A DNA stretch of 64,000 nucleotides. Source: Candidatus Kapaibacterium sp. (lineage in GTDB: Bacteria; Bacteroidota; Ignavibacteria; Kapaibacteriales; UBA2268). Location of the stretch: the NCBI GenBank assembly GCA_963664875.1, contig OY761611.1, positions 1,760,958 through 1,824,957 of the forward strand. Reading direction: 5' to 3'. The translations under genes were made by a program, and so were the position numbers. Below are positions 29,971 through 40,448 of this stretch, piece after piece (positions within the stretch are counted from its first letter, which is position 1; each line of letters starts with the position of its first letter). The notes under the pieces are model-generated. The model was not told the origin of the DNA and did no database searches. It was given only the letters and a program-made list of their open reading frames with translations.

Positions 29971-32169
29971 TTAAACCTGCCCTTTTAGTAAGATAATTTT
30001 ATCACCGGAAAGGAGATTGCCCGATTCAATTTTTTCAATTTTATGTGAGTTATGGTTATACTTTCCAAATACTACTGCTCTTGCATCAAATTGTAATATC
30101 AGGTCTTCCGGTAAATCTTCATATTTGATTGGTGCAATTTCAAAGCTTTTGGTATTGAATATTGCTTCAATTATTTGCTTAGAATCAGGATTGAGAGCAA
30201 ACTGTGCTAAAATAGCATACGTTAGTCGCTGCAGACTTAGATAATTATCCGGCATCAAATCCTCACCGAGTTTAGTATTTACTATTTCAGCAAGAATTTC
30301 TATGTTTAGATTCTGCTTAGTCAAAATGTCTTTAATATAAGTGTAACACAGCACCGCTTCTGTGTCTGCTTTGCTAAAATCAACAAAATCGGAATAATTA
30401 ATTATATATATCCTATCGTATTTCTGCCAATCGAGTAACAAAAGCTGGTCGTAATCATTATGAAGGTAATGCCCAATAGAAATCTTGATATTATTAGTTT
30501 TGTTTGTAATTTCAGGCAACTCAGGCAAAATTTTTGGAGTAATGAGTATTTCAATATTGAAATCTTTACCGTAGCTATCCATTTCATCTATTACACTAAA
30601 CAAGTAATCATTGAAACCAATTATCAAAATATTTTTGATGGCATTATTAGTGTTAAATTCCAATTGAGTTGATTTTGAAGTTTGTCTTTTACTGATTTCC
30701 GAATACTCAAAAGATTCGGAATCATCTGCTATAGCTATCAGTTCATCACTCGTACCAATAACATAATCATGTTCCGGAAGAAACACTATTTCATTGTTAG
30801 TGCGTTTTATACCTATCAACAATGCATCTTTAAAGTTATTGATAAGATTGCCAAATGTTTGCCCTGCAGCTTTATCAATACGTTTGACATATACTTCCCT
30901 TCCTTCAAACGAAAGTAGCTCTTCATAAACTTTAAAAGTAAGAGGTTCGAGGATTGAAAGTGCAATAATTCTGCTGATAATCCCATTGTTATCAACAGGT
31001 AGAAATCTATCATTCAATATATTTTTGCAGAATGGTCTCAGTGCGGGGTTATTTAGAATAAATGAGATATAAGGCATTTTAGCTTTATTTTCAAATATTT
31101 TATGCAAGAGTAAAAGTATCTGAGTTGATTTAGAATTATCTTCATCTTCGGATATGATTATGATAGAATTAGCATATTGCACATTCGCTATTTTCAAATC
31201 ATCTTCTACAGTAGGGCTTCCGGTACGAAACGTAATGCTTAATCTGCTACTGTTTTTGATATTTTGAGAAAAATACGCAGCCATGTCCGCTTTGCTCTTT
31301 TCTGCAAGCACAACAGCAATTATTCTTTTCTTGCCCTCTAAAGACATCAGCAATTCGTTAAAAATTATACTGATGTTGTCAGACCATCCCAAAATCACAA
31401 CATGATCGGTGTCGTAGGTCTGTTTCCTGCCGGAGGCATCTAACTCACGAATATTTTCCAACTCCGAAACTAATACACCTATAAACAAATTGAGTATAAT
31501 CATACTGCCAATAACAATAAAGGAAATGTAAAATATAGATGCAATCAGAGTGTTTCCGTTTTCTATCTGGGTGGCAAGCAAATCCGGCCAACCTTCACCC
31601 GTAATTGTCTGAAACAAAGTAAGCACTGCGGAAGAAAGATCTCCATAATGCTCTGGGTCTGACACTTTGAACATGAAAACACCCATTATTCCATAGACAT
31701 AAAACAAAATAAGAATTATCAGTGCTACATAACTCATGGAAGGAAGACTCTGGAATAAGGTATTAACAAGGCGTTGCAGCGGCTTGACAAAAGAGAAAAA
31801 ACGCAGCACTCTCAGCACTCTGGTCAATCTCACTAATCTGAATACGATTACTGCCTCAACCACGGAAGATGCTTCAAACAACCACGGCAAAATGCTAAGT
31901 GCGACAATGATAAAATCAAACAAATTCCAGGCATCTTTGAAGTAGTCAAAAGGAGTGGGTTTGTTAGCATACATCTTAATAAATACCTCAGCAACAAAGA
32001 TTGAGATAATTATATTATCAACAGTATGCAGAATGTGCGACATTTCCGAGCTCAGACCGGGTATAGTTTCCAGTCCAATCAGACATGCCGAAATAAAAAT
32101 GAGAAGCATTATTGCATTTTCGAACCAGTTATTTTCTTTATTCTTTATTTTTTCAAAAAGTTGGCTCAT
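29971..32169 (-). CDS. Voltage-gated cation channel (6TM; CaV/NaV-like TGEGW selectivity filter) fused to tandem C-terminal RCK/TrkA-N-like domains
   Basis: The S4 helix RLVRLTRVLRVLRFFSF has Arg at every third position. The pore loop reads LTLFQTITGEGWPDLL. Beyond residue ~250 two Rossmann-like segments appear: HVVILGWSDNISIIFNEL and ILIIGFNDYLFSVIDEM. Confidence 0.7.
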   Translation of the reverse strand: MSQLFEKIKNKENNWFENAIMLLIFISACLIGLETIPGLSSEMSHILHTVDNIIISIFVAEVFIKMYANKPTPFDYFKDAWNLFDFIIVALSILPWLFEASSVVEAVIVFRLVRLTRVLRVLRFFSFVKPLQRLVNTLFQSLPSMSYVALIILILFYVYGIMGVFMFKVSDPEHYGDLSSAVLTLFQTITGEGWPDLLATQIENGNTLIASIFYISFIVIGSMIILNLFIGVLVSELENIRELDASGRKQTYDTDHVVILGWSDNISIIFNELLMSLEGKKRIIAVVLAEKSKADMAAYFSQNIKNSSRLSITFRTGSPTVEDDLKIANVQYANSIIIISEDEDNSKSTQILLLLHKIFENKAKMPYISFILNNPALRPFCKNILNDRFLPVDNNGIISRIIALSILEPLTFKVYEELLSFEGREVYVKRIDKAAGQTFGNLINNFKDALLIGIKRTNNEIVFLPEHDYVIGTSDELIAIADDSESFEYSEISKRQTSKSTQLEFNTNNAIKNILIIGFNDYLFSVIDEMDSYGKDFNIEILITPKILPELPEITNKTNNIKISIGHYLHNDYDQLLLLDWQKYDRIYIINYSDFVDFSKADTEAVLCYTYIKDILTKQNLNIEILAEIVNTKLGEDLMPDNYLSLQRLTYAILAQFALNPDSKQIIEAIFNTKSFEIAPIKYEDLPEDLILQFDARAVVFGKYNHNSHKIEKIESGNLLSGDKIILLKGQV

Positions 32170-32463
32170 ATAAAACTCTCTTATAGATTATTCTATCAAT
32201 ATCATCTAAAATAAACGGCTTCATAGGAGGCAAATTAAACAAAAATATAAACATACACCCCATATTCAATTCACAATATATAAAATATCAAATTAAGAAA
32301 GTGATAAGAAAAGACTTAGATTAGATGATTTTGTAAGAACTTGTTATTGTGGAGATTATGTGGGGGGTGTTTCTATCACACTCTTTCTATTTGCGGGCAA
32401 TACAAAAAAAATGTATTTTGAGTAGAATAATTTTAGTTTGTACTATTTTTTCGAATCAGCCAA

Positions 32464-32805
32464 ATGTCAAATTCAATCCGCACAACAGATGATTATACCA
32501 AATTAGGTTTTTGGAAAAAACTTGTCAATTCTGCACAAAAGGGCGGGAAGAAAGTTATAGAAAAGGCTCTTATTCTATACTATACTCTTAATGACAGCGA
32601 TACTCCCAAAAAGTACAAAGCTATTATTTACGGAACTTTGGGCTATTTTATAGCTCCCTTGGACGCTATCCCTGATTTTGCACCTGTGATAGGCTACAGT
32701 GATGATTTATCTGTTATTGTAGCTACTCTGATCGCAGTCTCTTCCTTCGTGAAAGAACAACACAAAGAGCTGGCACGACAAAAAATAGACAAACTTTTTG
32801 GTTAG
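32464..32805 (+). CDS. DUF1232 (YkvA-family) small membrane protein
   Basis: The signature LDAIPDFAPVIGYSDDLSVI is present. Confidence 0.6.
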   Translation: MSNSIRTTDDYTKLGFWKKLVNSAQKGGKKVIEKALILYYTLNDSDTPKKYKAIIYGTLGYFIAPLDAIPDFAPVIGYSDDLSVIVATLIAVSSFVKEQHKELARQKIDKLFG

Positions 32806-32877
32806 GAAGAGAAGGACTTTACAATAAACATATAAACCATTTTTTTATCAGCAACGTTAATCTGAGAAAATCAATAT

Positions 32878-34575
32878 TTGGATTCTATCATGGAAGGTAT
32901 TAAAGATACTTCAACTATAAGTCTGAGAAAGATATTAGGAAACGGACTTACATATCTTGTTCCGAAATTCCAAAGGGATTATTCTTGGGAAACGGAGCAC
33001 TGGGATGACTTATGGTTAGACATGATAGATTTATATAATGATGTTGAAACAAGCCATTATATGGGATATTTAGTTTTTCAGACATCAGACAATAAACTGC
33101 ACAAAATTATTGATGGACAGCAAAGGCTTACTACAATTTCTTTACTCATAATTTCTATCTTGAAGAGACTCAAAGAACTTGAAGAGACAGGTATTGATGC
33201 TGAGAAGAATAAACTTAGAAGAGAACAACTTCAAAATAGCTATATAGGATTTATCGACCCTGTTACTTTGATTGCTAAGAATAAATTAGAGCTCAATAGA
33301 AACAATGATGATTTTTACAAACATTATATTGTGCCTCTTGCAAATCTCCCTCAAAGAGGCAGAAATGCCTCAGAAAAGTTAATGAAAGCTTGTTTTGAGT
33401 GGTTTTATAAAAAAACAACTTCTCTATATAAAACCGGAGAAGAGCTAACAAGGTTTATTGAAAAAATAGTAGATAAACTTTTCTTTACGGTTATCACTGT
33501 AGGCGATGAACTAAATGCTTATAAAGTATTTGAGACATTGAATGCGAGAGGAGTTAAACTATCTACGGCTGATTTATTAAAAAACTACCTTTTTTCAATT
33601 GTTGACTCGAATGAGAAAGAAACTAGGAAAGAAGAATTTGAGCTTTTAGAGTACTTATGGAGTGAATTACTCAGGAAGCTCGGTTCTGAGAAATTGCCTG
33701 AGTACATACGATATTACTGGAACAGCAAAAATAAAACTGTAAGAAAAAATGATTTATTCAAGACATTAAAATCTAACATAAAAGATAAAGCAAACGTTTT
33801 TGCATTGTTGAGAGATTTAGTTGAGAAAGCTGATATTTTTGTTGCGATTTTAAGTCCTGAAGATGAGTATTGGAATAACCATACTTTAGAACTTCGCAAT
33901 AGCTTACGAGAATTGAAAATCTTTGGTGCAAAACAACAAATCTCTTTACTTATTTCAGGCAAAAGTAATTTGACTGACCCAAAATTTACTGAGTTAGTTA
34001 AATACTGCTCGATAGTGTATATGAGATATAATATTATTGGTGGACTTAATCCAAATGAGCAAGAAGGAATTTTCAACAAGTTAGCTTTGGATATTCAAAA
34101 CAATAAAGATTATAACAAATCTGATTTTTTGGAAATATACCCATCTGATGAAGAATTTGAAGTAGCCTTCTCAAATAAAGAATTTACAAATACCTCAAGA
34201 AACAACAAAGTTACAAAATACATCTTAACAAAAATAGAGAACTATATCTCACAGGCAGATTTTGATTTTCAGAGCGATAGAAATACGATTGAACATATTT
34301 TACCTGAAAATCCGGATGATACATGGGATATCGAAGATGATGTGCGAAATAGATGCAGATATAGACTTGGCAATCTAACATTGTTAGAAAAAAACAAAAA
34401 TTCGCATCTTAAGAACAAATCTTATGATCAGAAAAGAATTGTTTTTCAGAATTCCAAATTTGCTATAACTAAGGATATTGCGGCAGATTATTCTCATTGG
34501 GGTGAAGAAGAAATATCAAGACGTCAGAATATTCTGGCAAAAAAAGCTAAGACTATTTGGAGAATAAGTTTTTAG
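32878..34575 (+). CDS. DUF262-DUF1524 fusion protein (GmrSD-family putative type IV restriction endonuclease)
   Basis: The N-terminal DUF262 has the DGQQR motif (IIDGQQRLTTISLLI). The C-terminal DUF1524 has a His-Me-finger-like segment TIEHILPENP...LGNLTLLEKNKNSHLKNKSY. Confidence 0.7.
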   Translation: MDSIMEGIKDTSTISLRKILGNGLTYLVPKFQRDYSWETEHWDDLWLDMIDLYNDVETSHYMGYLVFQTSDNKLHKIIDGQQRLTTISLLIISILKRLKELEETGIDAEKNKLRREQLQNSYIGFIDPVTLIAKNKLELNRNNDDFYKHYIVPLANLPQRGRNASEKLMKACFEWFYKKTTSLYKTGEELTRFIEKIVDKLFFTVITVGDELNAYKVFETLNARGVKLSTADLLKNYLFSIVDSNEKETRKEEFELLEYLWSELLRKLGSEKLPEYIRYYWNSKNKTVRKNDLFKTLKSNIKDKANVFALLRDLVEKADIFVAILSPEDEYWNNHTLELRNSLRELKIFGAKQQISLLISGKSNLTDPKFTELVKYCSIVYMRYNIIGGLNPNEQEGIFNKLALDIQNNKDYNKSDFLEIYPSDEEFEVAFSNKEFTNTSRNNKVTKYILTKIENYISQADFDFQSDRNTIEHILPENPDDTWDIEDDVRNRCRYRLGNLTLLEKNKNSHLKNKSYDQKRIVFQNSKFAITKDIAADYSHWGEEEISRRQNILAKKAKTIWRISF

Positions 34576-34655
34576 TCAAATCAATTATCCATTCTTCTCT
34601 ACGCAATTTGTATATTTGTTTTTCGTACTAAGTAGAAAATTCTATTGAGCGTGAA

Positions 34656-36686
34656 ATGGGTGATTTTAAATTACAGTCTAAATATAAGCCGTCTGGTGAC
34701 CAGCCTACTGCTATCAAGGAGCTGACAGAAGCTGTCGAAAGAGGTGACAAACATCAGGTTTTGCTTGGTGTTACCGGGTCGGGTAAAACTTTTACCATAT
34801 CTAATTTGATAAAAAATGTGCAGCGTCCCACTCTTGTCATTTCTCCTAATAAAACTCTTGCAGCTCAGCTTTTTGGCGAATTGAAGGCTTTTTTCCCTGA
34901 AAACTCAGTAGAATATTTCATTTCCTACTATGATTACTACCAGCCGGAAGCATATATAGTTACTTCCGATACTTATATTGAAAAAGACTTTTCTATAAAC
35001 GACGAAATCGACCGTTTGCGTCTTCGTGCTACTTCTGCTTTGGTTGAGGATAGGCGTGATGTGATAGTTGTAGCTTCTGTTAGTTCAATCTATTCCATAG
35101 GTAGAAAGCAGGACTTTGTGGATAGCCTTTATCATGTTTATGTCGGCAAAAAAGTTGATAGACAAGCGATTTTATATAAACTGACTGACTTATATTATAC
35201 AAGAAATGATTTCGAATTTCAGCGCGGTACTTTCCGTGTCCGCGGCGATGTTATAGATATTATCCCTGCGTATGAAAACCAGCTTGGTATTCGCATAGAG
35301 CTTTTCGGAGATGAGATAGACAAAGTTTCTTATATAGATGCTCTGACAGGAAAGGTCGTTCAGAACCTGCAGGGTACAAAAATATTCCCGGCTAAGCTTT
35401 TTGTAACAGGTGACACTCAACTAAAAACTGCAATGCAGAAAATAAGAGATGAGCTATATGACAGATTAAAAGAATTGCGTAGTCAGGATAAGTTAGTAGA
35501 AGCACAACGCCTCGAGCAGCGTACTCTTTTTGATTTGGAGATGATGAAGGAAGTAGGTTATTGCTCTGGTATTGAGAATTATTCAATGCACATTTCAGGC
35601 AGAGACTTTGGCGAGAGACCTCACTGTCTTTTCGATTTCTTCCCGGATGACTATTTGCTTGTAATTGACGAAAGTCACGTTACTTTGCCTCAGCTAAGAG
35701 CGATGTATAATGGCGACCGCAAGCGAAAAACTAATCTTGTGGAACATGGTTTCCGCCTTCCTTCAGCAATTGAAAATAGGCCAATGAAGTTTGAAGAGTT
35801 TGAGGCTATGGTGAATCAGGCTGTGTATGTAAGTGCGACACCAGGGCCTTATGAATTAGAAAAAGCAGAGGGTGTAGTGGTCGAGCAGGTTATCCGCCCA
35901 ACCGGATTATTAGATCCTGAGATTGATGTTAGACCAATATCTAATCAAATAGACAATCTTCTTTTCGAAATTCGCAAAAGGCAGGAAAAAGGCGAAAGAG
36001 TACTCGTTACTACTCTAACCAAGCGTATGGCGGAAGACTTGACTGATTACCTAAGTAATTTAGATGTAAAAGTAGCTTATATCCACTCAGATATAGACAC
36101 TCTTGCACGAGTAGAAATCATACGTGATTTGCGTCTGGGCGAGTTTGAAGTATTAGTTGGTGTAAACCTGCTTCGCGAGGGCTTAGACTTACCTGAAGTA
36201 TCGCTTGTTGCTGTACTCGATGCTGATAAAGAAGGCTTCCTTCGCTCCGAAACATCTTTGCTTCAGATTGCCGGAAGAACTGCACGTAATGCTGAGGGGC
36301 GCGTAATTTTATATGCTGATAGGATTACAAGATCTATGCAGGCTTTGATTGACGAAACAAACCGTCGCCGTAAACTGCAAACCGAATACAACGAAAAGCA
36401 TGGCATAAATCCTGTTACAGTATTCAAATCCCTGGAAGAAATTCTAAGCTCTACTTCTATAGCTGATGTAAGAAAAGACAGCAATAAGAGAGATTTAGCT
36501 TACGGAGTCCACAAAAATAAAGAGATAAAAGTAGCTGACCCACTTGCTGAATATATGAGTAAAGAACAGCGAAAAGAGCTAATTGAACAAATGTTTGTCG
36601 AAATGAAAAAAGCCGCCAAAGATTTGGACTTCGAACGTGCTGCAGAGTTGAGAGATGAGATACAAAGACAGCAGGAAATGGTGTAG
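34656..36686 (+). CDS. uvrB: Excinuclease ABC subunit B
   Basis: The N-terminus reads [42 protein letters not shown], with the Walker A and helicase motifs. The C-terminal UvrB/UvrC-interaction segment ends [14 protein letters not shown]. Confidence 0.95.
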   Translation: MGDFKLQSKYKPSGDQPTAIKELTEAVERGDKHQVLLGVTGSGKTFTISNLIKNVQRPTLVISPNKTLAAQLFGELKAFFPENSVEYFISYYDYYQPEAYIVTSDTYIEKDFSINDEIDRLRLRATSALVEDRRDVIVVASVSSIYSIGRKQDFVDSLYHVYVGKKVDRQAILYKLTDLYYTRNDFEFQRGTFRVRGDVIDIIPAYENQLGIRIELFGDEIDKVSYIDALTGKVVQNLQGTKIFPAKLFVTGDTQLKTAMQKIRDELYDRLKELRSQDKLVEAQRLEQRTLFDLEMMKEVGYCSGIENYSMHISGRDFGERPHCLFDFFPDDYLLVIDESHVTLPQLRAMYNGDRKRKTNLVEHGFRLPSAIENRPMKFEEFEAMVNQAVYVSATPGPYELEKAEGVVVEQVIRPTGLLDPEIDVRPISNQIDNLLFEIRKRQEKGERVLVTTLTKRMAEDLTDYLSNLDVKVAYIHSDIDTLARVEIIRDLRLGEFEVLVGVNLLREGLDLPEVSLVAVLDADKEGFLRSETSLLQIAGRTARNAEGRVILYADRITRSMQALIDETNRRRKLQTEYNEKHGINPVTVFKSLEEILSSTSIADVRKDSNKRDLAYGVHKNKEIKVADPLAEYMSKEQRKELIEQMFVEMKKAAKDLDFERAAELRDEIQRQQEMV

Positions 36687-36794
36687 TTTGTATATATGCT
36701 GTAGTATAAAGTACTTTTTTCAATTTGAAAATTGTGGGTCAAGTTCCTGAGTAGTTAAAAAACTATTCTATCCGGAAAATCAAAATATTACACA

Positions 36795-36836
36795 TTGAAA
36801 ACCTCCCGTGGTATAAAAGCCCGGGAGGTTTAATTC
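36795..36836. terminator. Bidirectional terminator between convergent uvrB and the 1075 aa oxidoreductase gene
   Basis: The perfect stem AACCTCCCG...CGGGAGGTT has T/A-rich flanks on both sides. Confidence 0.7.
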
Positions 36837-36857
36837 AATTTACTTTAATTCAATTTC

Positions 36858-39800
36858 TTATTTGAATGCTTTTTCTAAAAGTCCATCGCCTTTTAGACTT
36901 AATCTTTCGAAGTAATCAGGTACGTCTTTGCCCGTTAGTTTATCTACGTACATTTTTGCAAGGTACTGACCAAGCATAAAACCTTGACCACGAAGACCGG
37001 TAAATAAACCTAATTCAGGATCTATGTACATTCTTGGTTCCACGTAGTAGCCTGCCCAGATCGCCTGGAAACCAACGCTTGATAGCTCAGGTAGCCAATC
37101 CACAAAGACTTCTGAGACTATTCTGAGGAAGTCTTCAGAGTTGATTTTTAAGTTGGCTTTTGCTTCCTGAGGGTCAACTGCAGGTGATGCACAACCTATA
37201 ATCTGTCCTGTTTCTGCTAATTGCTGACCGTAAACTGCCACAAAACCTTTGTAGTTTCTGCGGTCAATAAGCATAGGAAGCGGAATACCATCTTTACCCA
37301 TCATAGGCAAACGACGAGTAATAAATGCCTGATGTTTCACAGGGTACAAGCCTGTTTCCAGACCAACCATTTTAGTAAATTCTTCTGCCTCAGGGCCAAG
37401 TGCATTTATAAAGACTTCAGTTTCATATTCTACATATTCTTTATCGTGATTATGTACCAAAACGTGGTATTTGCCATCTTCTTTTGTTACCTGAATTAGT
37501 TTACAGTCCTCCTGAACCGTACCACCATTTTTGATACCGATTTGTCTGATCAGGTCAACTACTTTGCCCGGAGTAGCCTGCCAGCAGTCTTTAGTAATAA
37601 GGGCCGCCTGATAAGTAGAAAGATTTTGGTTAAATCTTGGAGATATTTCTTTAGCAAAGTCTTTAGGTTCTACCATGTATGCATTTGACCATTGTTTAGA
37701 AGCTTCAAGAGCCTGATAAACATTGTCGTCATGAGCAAATGTTACATAATCGATAGGTCTGTAGTCGATATTTGCTATTTTATCCAATTCTTTGAAAATA
37801 GCAAGGTTATTTATTGCTATGTCTGAGATTTCAGGCAATGAAAACGCAGGGCGACCACCGGCAATATTTCTCCATGAAGAGCCTCTGCCGTAGTTTACCA
37901 AAGTTGGTTCCATGCCTGCTTCTGCCAGATAGCGGAATAAAGCAGAGCCACCGATACCGCCGCCCGCAACAAGTGATTTGACTTTGATTTTTCTGATATT
38001 TTTAGTTGCTACCGGAATTACTTTATGCACAGAACCGTTCGGGTAAAGCTCGCCCATATTTACCTGATTTGACATCGGCCCGCGTGGGGTCGCTTCACCT
38101 ACAATAGTTATGCCGCTGCCTGCAAGCGTCTGTTTCAAACGTTTGATACATCTTTTACCGCGACATGCACCCATACCCAAACGTGTAGTGTGTTTGATTT
38201 CGTCAATTGAGATGAATTTTCTGTCTCCGATAACATCCATGATTGTATCAAGCGTAACATCATCGCAGTGGCAGATGTATTTTTTTGATTCGATATTTTC
38301 TTCATTATCCACAAACTCGACAGGTTCGGGGTAGTTTTCTCTAAGGATAAAACCGCGAGCTTTTACAATTTCTCTACCTTCTAAAGTAGTAGATTTCACT
38401 CTTGCTATATGAGTTTTATTTCCTTTTTTGAATATTTTTTCGATGATTCCTTCGCCAAGTTTTTTGCCATGATTATCAACAAGAAATACTTCTTTATTAG
38501 TTTCAATATCAAATTCGATAGGAAGGAATAACCAGCCTTTTTTGATATTATAACCAAATATGGCTAAGCCCGGGCACTGATAAACGCACTCCATACAGCC
38601 GATACATCTGTCATAATCAATAACAGGTACAGTAGATGAAGAGTTTTTGCTGATAGCACCATGAGGACAAGAGAAAGCACAAGGATTACAAGCAAAACCG
38701 TACAAACAGTCAGCTATAACAAAAGGTTTTTCTAACCTATCTTCATTAGGCATAACAGCTTCTGCGATTATTTTGTGAGGGTGCTGCTGAGAGTCAATAT
38801 ACTCTTTAGAGATTTTTAGATAGTCGTCGTAGTTATAACGCATACCCAAATCTTCCAAAATCTCAAACGCTACCTGCTTGCCCCGAAGTACAGCACTTGT
38901 ACCTTCGCCGATTCTAACGGCATCACCTATGCCATGGCAATCGCGTTTAAATATTTCTTTGCCTTTGATAAGCAAAGCATCATCTGGCACAAGACCTGTA
39001 CAGATATTTATCGCATCGATACCTTTGATAATTTTTTCAGTACCCGGAACAGGTTTGAAGTTTTTGGCTTCAGCAACCACTGCGCCGATGATACCGTCTT
39101 TATTTTCATTTGGAATCGCTTTAACTAAGATATGAGAAAGCATAACAGGAATGCCAAGTCTTCTTACTCTGTTTGCCTGAACAGGGAAACCACCTTCATG
39201 AGGTTGTGCTTCGATAATAGCTTTTACGTTAGCACCACCCTGCATAAGCTGGTAAGAAGTCAAGTAACCGATATTACCTGCACCAACTGTCAAAATGTTT
39301 TTACCAAGAAGAGTAAGCTCGTCATTCATCATTTTCTGAACAACTGCAGCAGTATAAACTCCCGGTAAATCATCATTTTCAAAAGAAGGCATAAACGGTA
39401 CTGCACCTGTAGCAATGACAAGCACATCTGCTTCTACATAGTAGATTTCATCTGTTTTGATATTTTTAACAGCTAAACGTTTGCCGTCTAAAATGTCCCA
39501 AACAGTTGAGTTCAGGAAGATATTTTCATGGCTGGCGCCGGCTAAAGTAGCAGAAATATCAAAACCACGCATACCGCCAAATTTCTTCTCTTTTTCGAAG
39601 AAGAAGAACTGGTGTGTTTGCATATTAAACTGACCGCCAACTTTATCATTATTATCGATAACAATATTATCTACGCCAAAGTTATTTAACTCTTCGCGTG
39701 CTGCCAAGCCTGCTGGGCCGGCACCGATGATAGCGACAGTAGTTTTATAAATTTTTACTTCATGATTATTTTTATAGTCCGAAACGCTCGGAGTATAATC

Positions 39801-40085
39801 TTTAGGAATCTCTTCAACATTACTAATGTTATCAACTTTAGTAATGCAGATACGTTTGATTTGACCATCTACAAGCATTTCGCAGGCGCCACATTTTCCG
39901 ATGCCGCATTCCAAGCTGCGTTTACGGTTGTCTAAGCTGTGGCTGTGAACGGGATACCCCGCTTGATGCAGTGCCGCAGCTATTGTTTTGCCTTTTTGTC
40001 CTTTTACTTTGTTTCCCATATAAGTAAAAGTAACTTCAGATGATTCCTGTATCTCTAATATTGGGTGTGATGTGATTTGATACAT
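36858..40085 (-). CDS. Multidomain fused flavo-iron-sulfur oxidoreductase: 2Fe-2S ferredoxin-like, FAD/NAD(P) pyridine-nucleotide-disulfide-oxidoreductase-like, 4Fe-4S dicluster, BFD-like [2Fe-2S] and DAO-type FAD oxidase domains (HcnABC / proline-dehydrogenase-complex / opine-oxidase-like)
   Basis: An N-terminal CGIGKCGACEM (Fer2-like) is followed by VAIIGAGPAGLAAREEL and LTVGAGNIGYLTSYQLMQGGANV. Two 4Fe-4S motifs, CNPCAFSCPHG and CIGCMECVYQCPGLAI, come next. The BFD-like segment is CHCDDVTLDTIMDVIG...GMGACRGKRC. The C-terminal DAO-like motif is VAGGGIGGSALFRYLAEAG. Confidence 0.7.
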   Translation of the reverse strand: MYQITSHPILEIQESSEVTFTYMGNKVKGQKGKTIAAALHQAGYPVHSHSLDNRKRSLECGIGKCGACEMLVDGQIKRICITKVDNISNVEEIPKDYTPSVSDYKNNHEVKIYKTTVAIIGAGPAGLAAREELNNFGVDNIVIDNNDKVGGQFNMQTHQFFFFEKEKKFGGMRGFDISATLAGASHENIFLNSTVWDILDGKRLAVKNIKTDEIYYVEADVLVIATGAVPFMPSFENDDLPGVYTAAVVQKMMNDELTLLGKNILTVGAGNIGYLTSYQLMQGGANVKAIIEAQPHEGGFPVQANRVRRLGIPVMLSHILVKAIPNENKDGIIGAVVAEAKNFKPVPGTEKIIKGIDAINICTGLVPDDALLIKGKEIFKRDCHGIGDAVRIGEGTSAVLRGKQVAFEILEDLGMRYNYDDYLKISKEYIDSQQHPHKIIAEAVMPNEDRLEKPFVIADCLYGFACNPCAFSCPHGAISKNSSSTVPVIDYDRCIGCMECVYQCPGLAIFGYNIKKGWLFLPIEFDIETNKEVFLVDNHGKKLGEGIIEKIFKKGNKTHIARVKSTTLEGREIVKARGFILRENYPEPVEFVDNEENIESKKYICHCDDVTLDTIMDVIGDRKFISIDEIKHTTRLGMGACRGKRCIKRLKQTLAGSGITIVGEATPRGPMSNQVNMGELYPNGSVHKVIPVATKNIRKIKVKSLVAGGGIGGSALFRYLAEAGMEPTLVNYGRGSSWRNIAGGRPAFSLPEISDIAINNLAIFKELDKIANIDYRPIDYVTFAHDDNVYQALEASKQWSNAYMVEPKDFAKEISPRFNQNLSTYQAALITKDCWQATPGKVVDLIRQIGIKNGGTVQEDCKLIQVTKEDGKYHVLVHNHDKEYVEYETEVFINALGPEAEEFTKMVGLETGLYPVKHQAFITRRLPMMGKDGIPLPMLIDRRNYKGFVAVYGQQLAETGQIIGCASPAVDPQEAKANLKINSEDFLRIVSEVFVDWLPELSSVGFQAIWAGYYVEPRMYIDPELGLFTGLRGQGFMLGQYLAKMYVDKLTGKDVPDYFERLSLKGDGLLEKAFK

Positions 40086-40448
40086 AAAATCTTTTTTAAT
40101 TAATGGCTATTCTAAATTTATATAGTATAATAAATTAGCCAAATTATGGGATACAGCCAAGACTTAGTCTATGCTAAATATTAAGTACATATAATATCAA
40201 TATCTCAGCTAAAAGCATATAAATAGGGCTAATTTAAGAGATTTTAGCGACTAAGCTATCTTATCAGCTAAATTTAGTTTTTGTGAGATTTTGTATATTG
40301 GAAGAAATTAGTACAATAAAAGCAAAATAAGAAAAAATATAGATCATTGGAGAAAGAGAGGAAAGCAAATTTAAAGATATTGATTTACTTTATATTCTTA
40401 CGGGTTCATAATGCAAGTCTGAAACTTTACTCGTTGATGTCGGCATCC

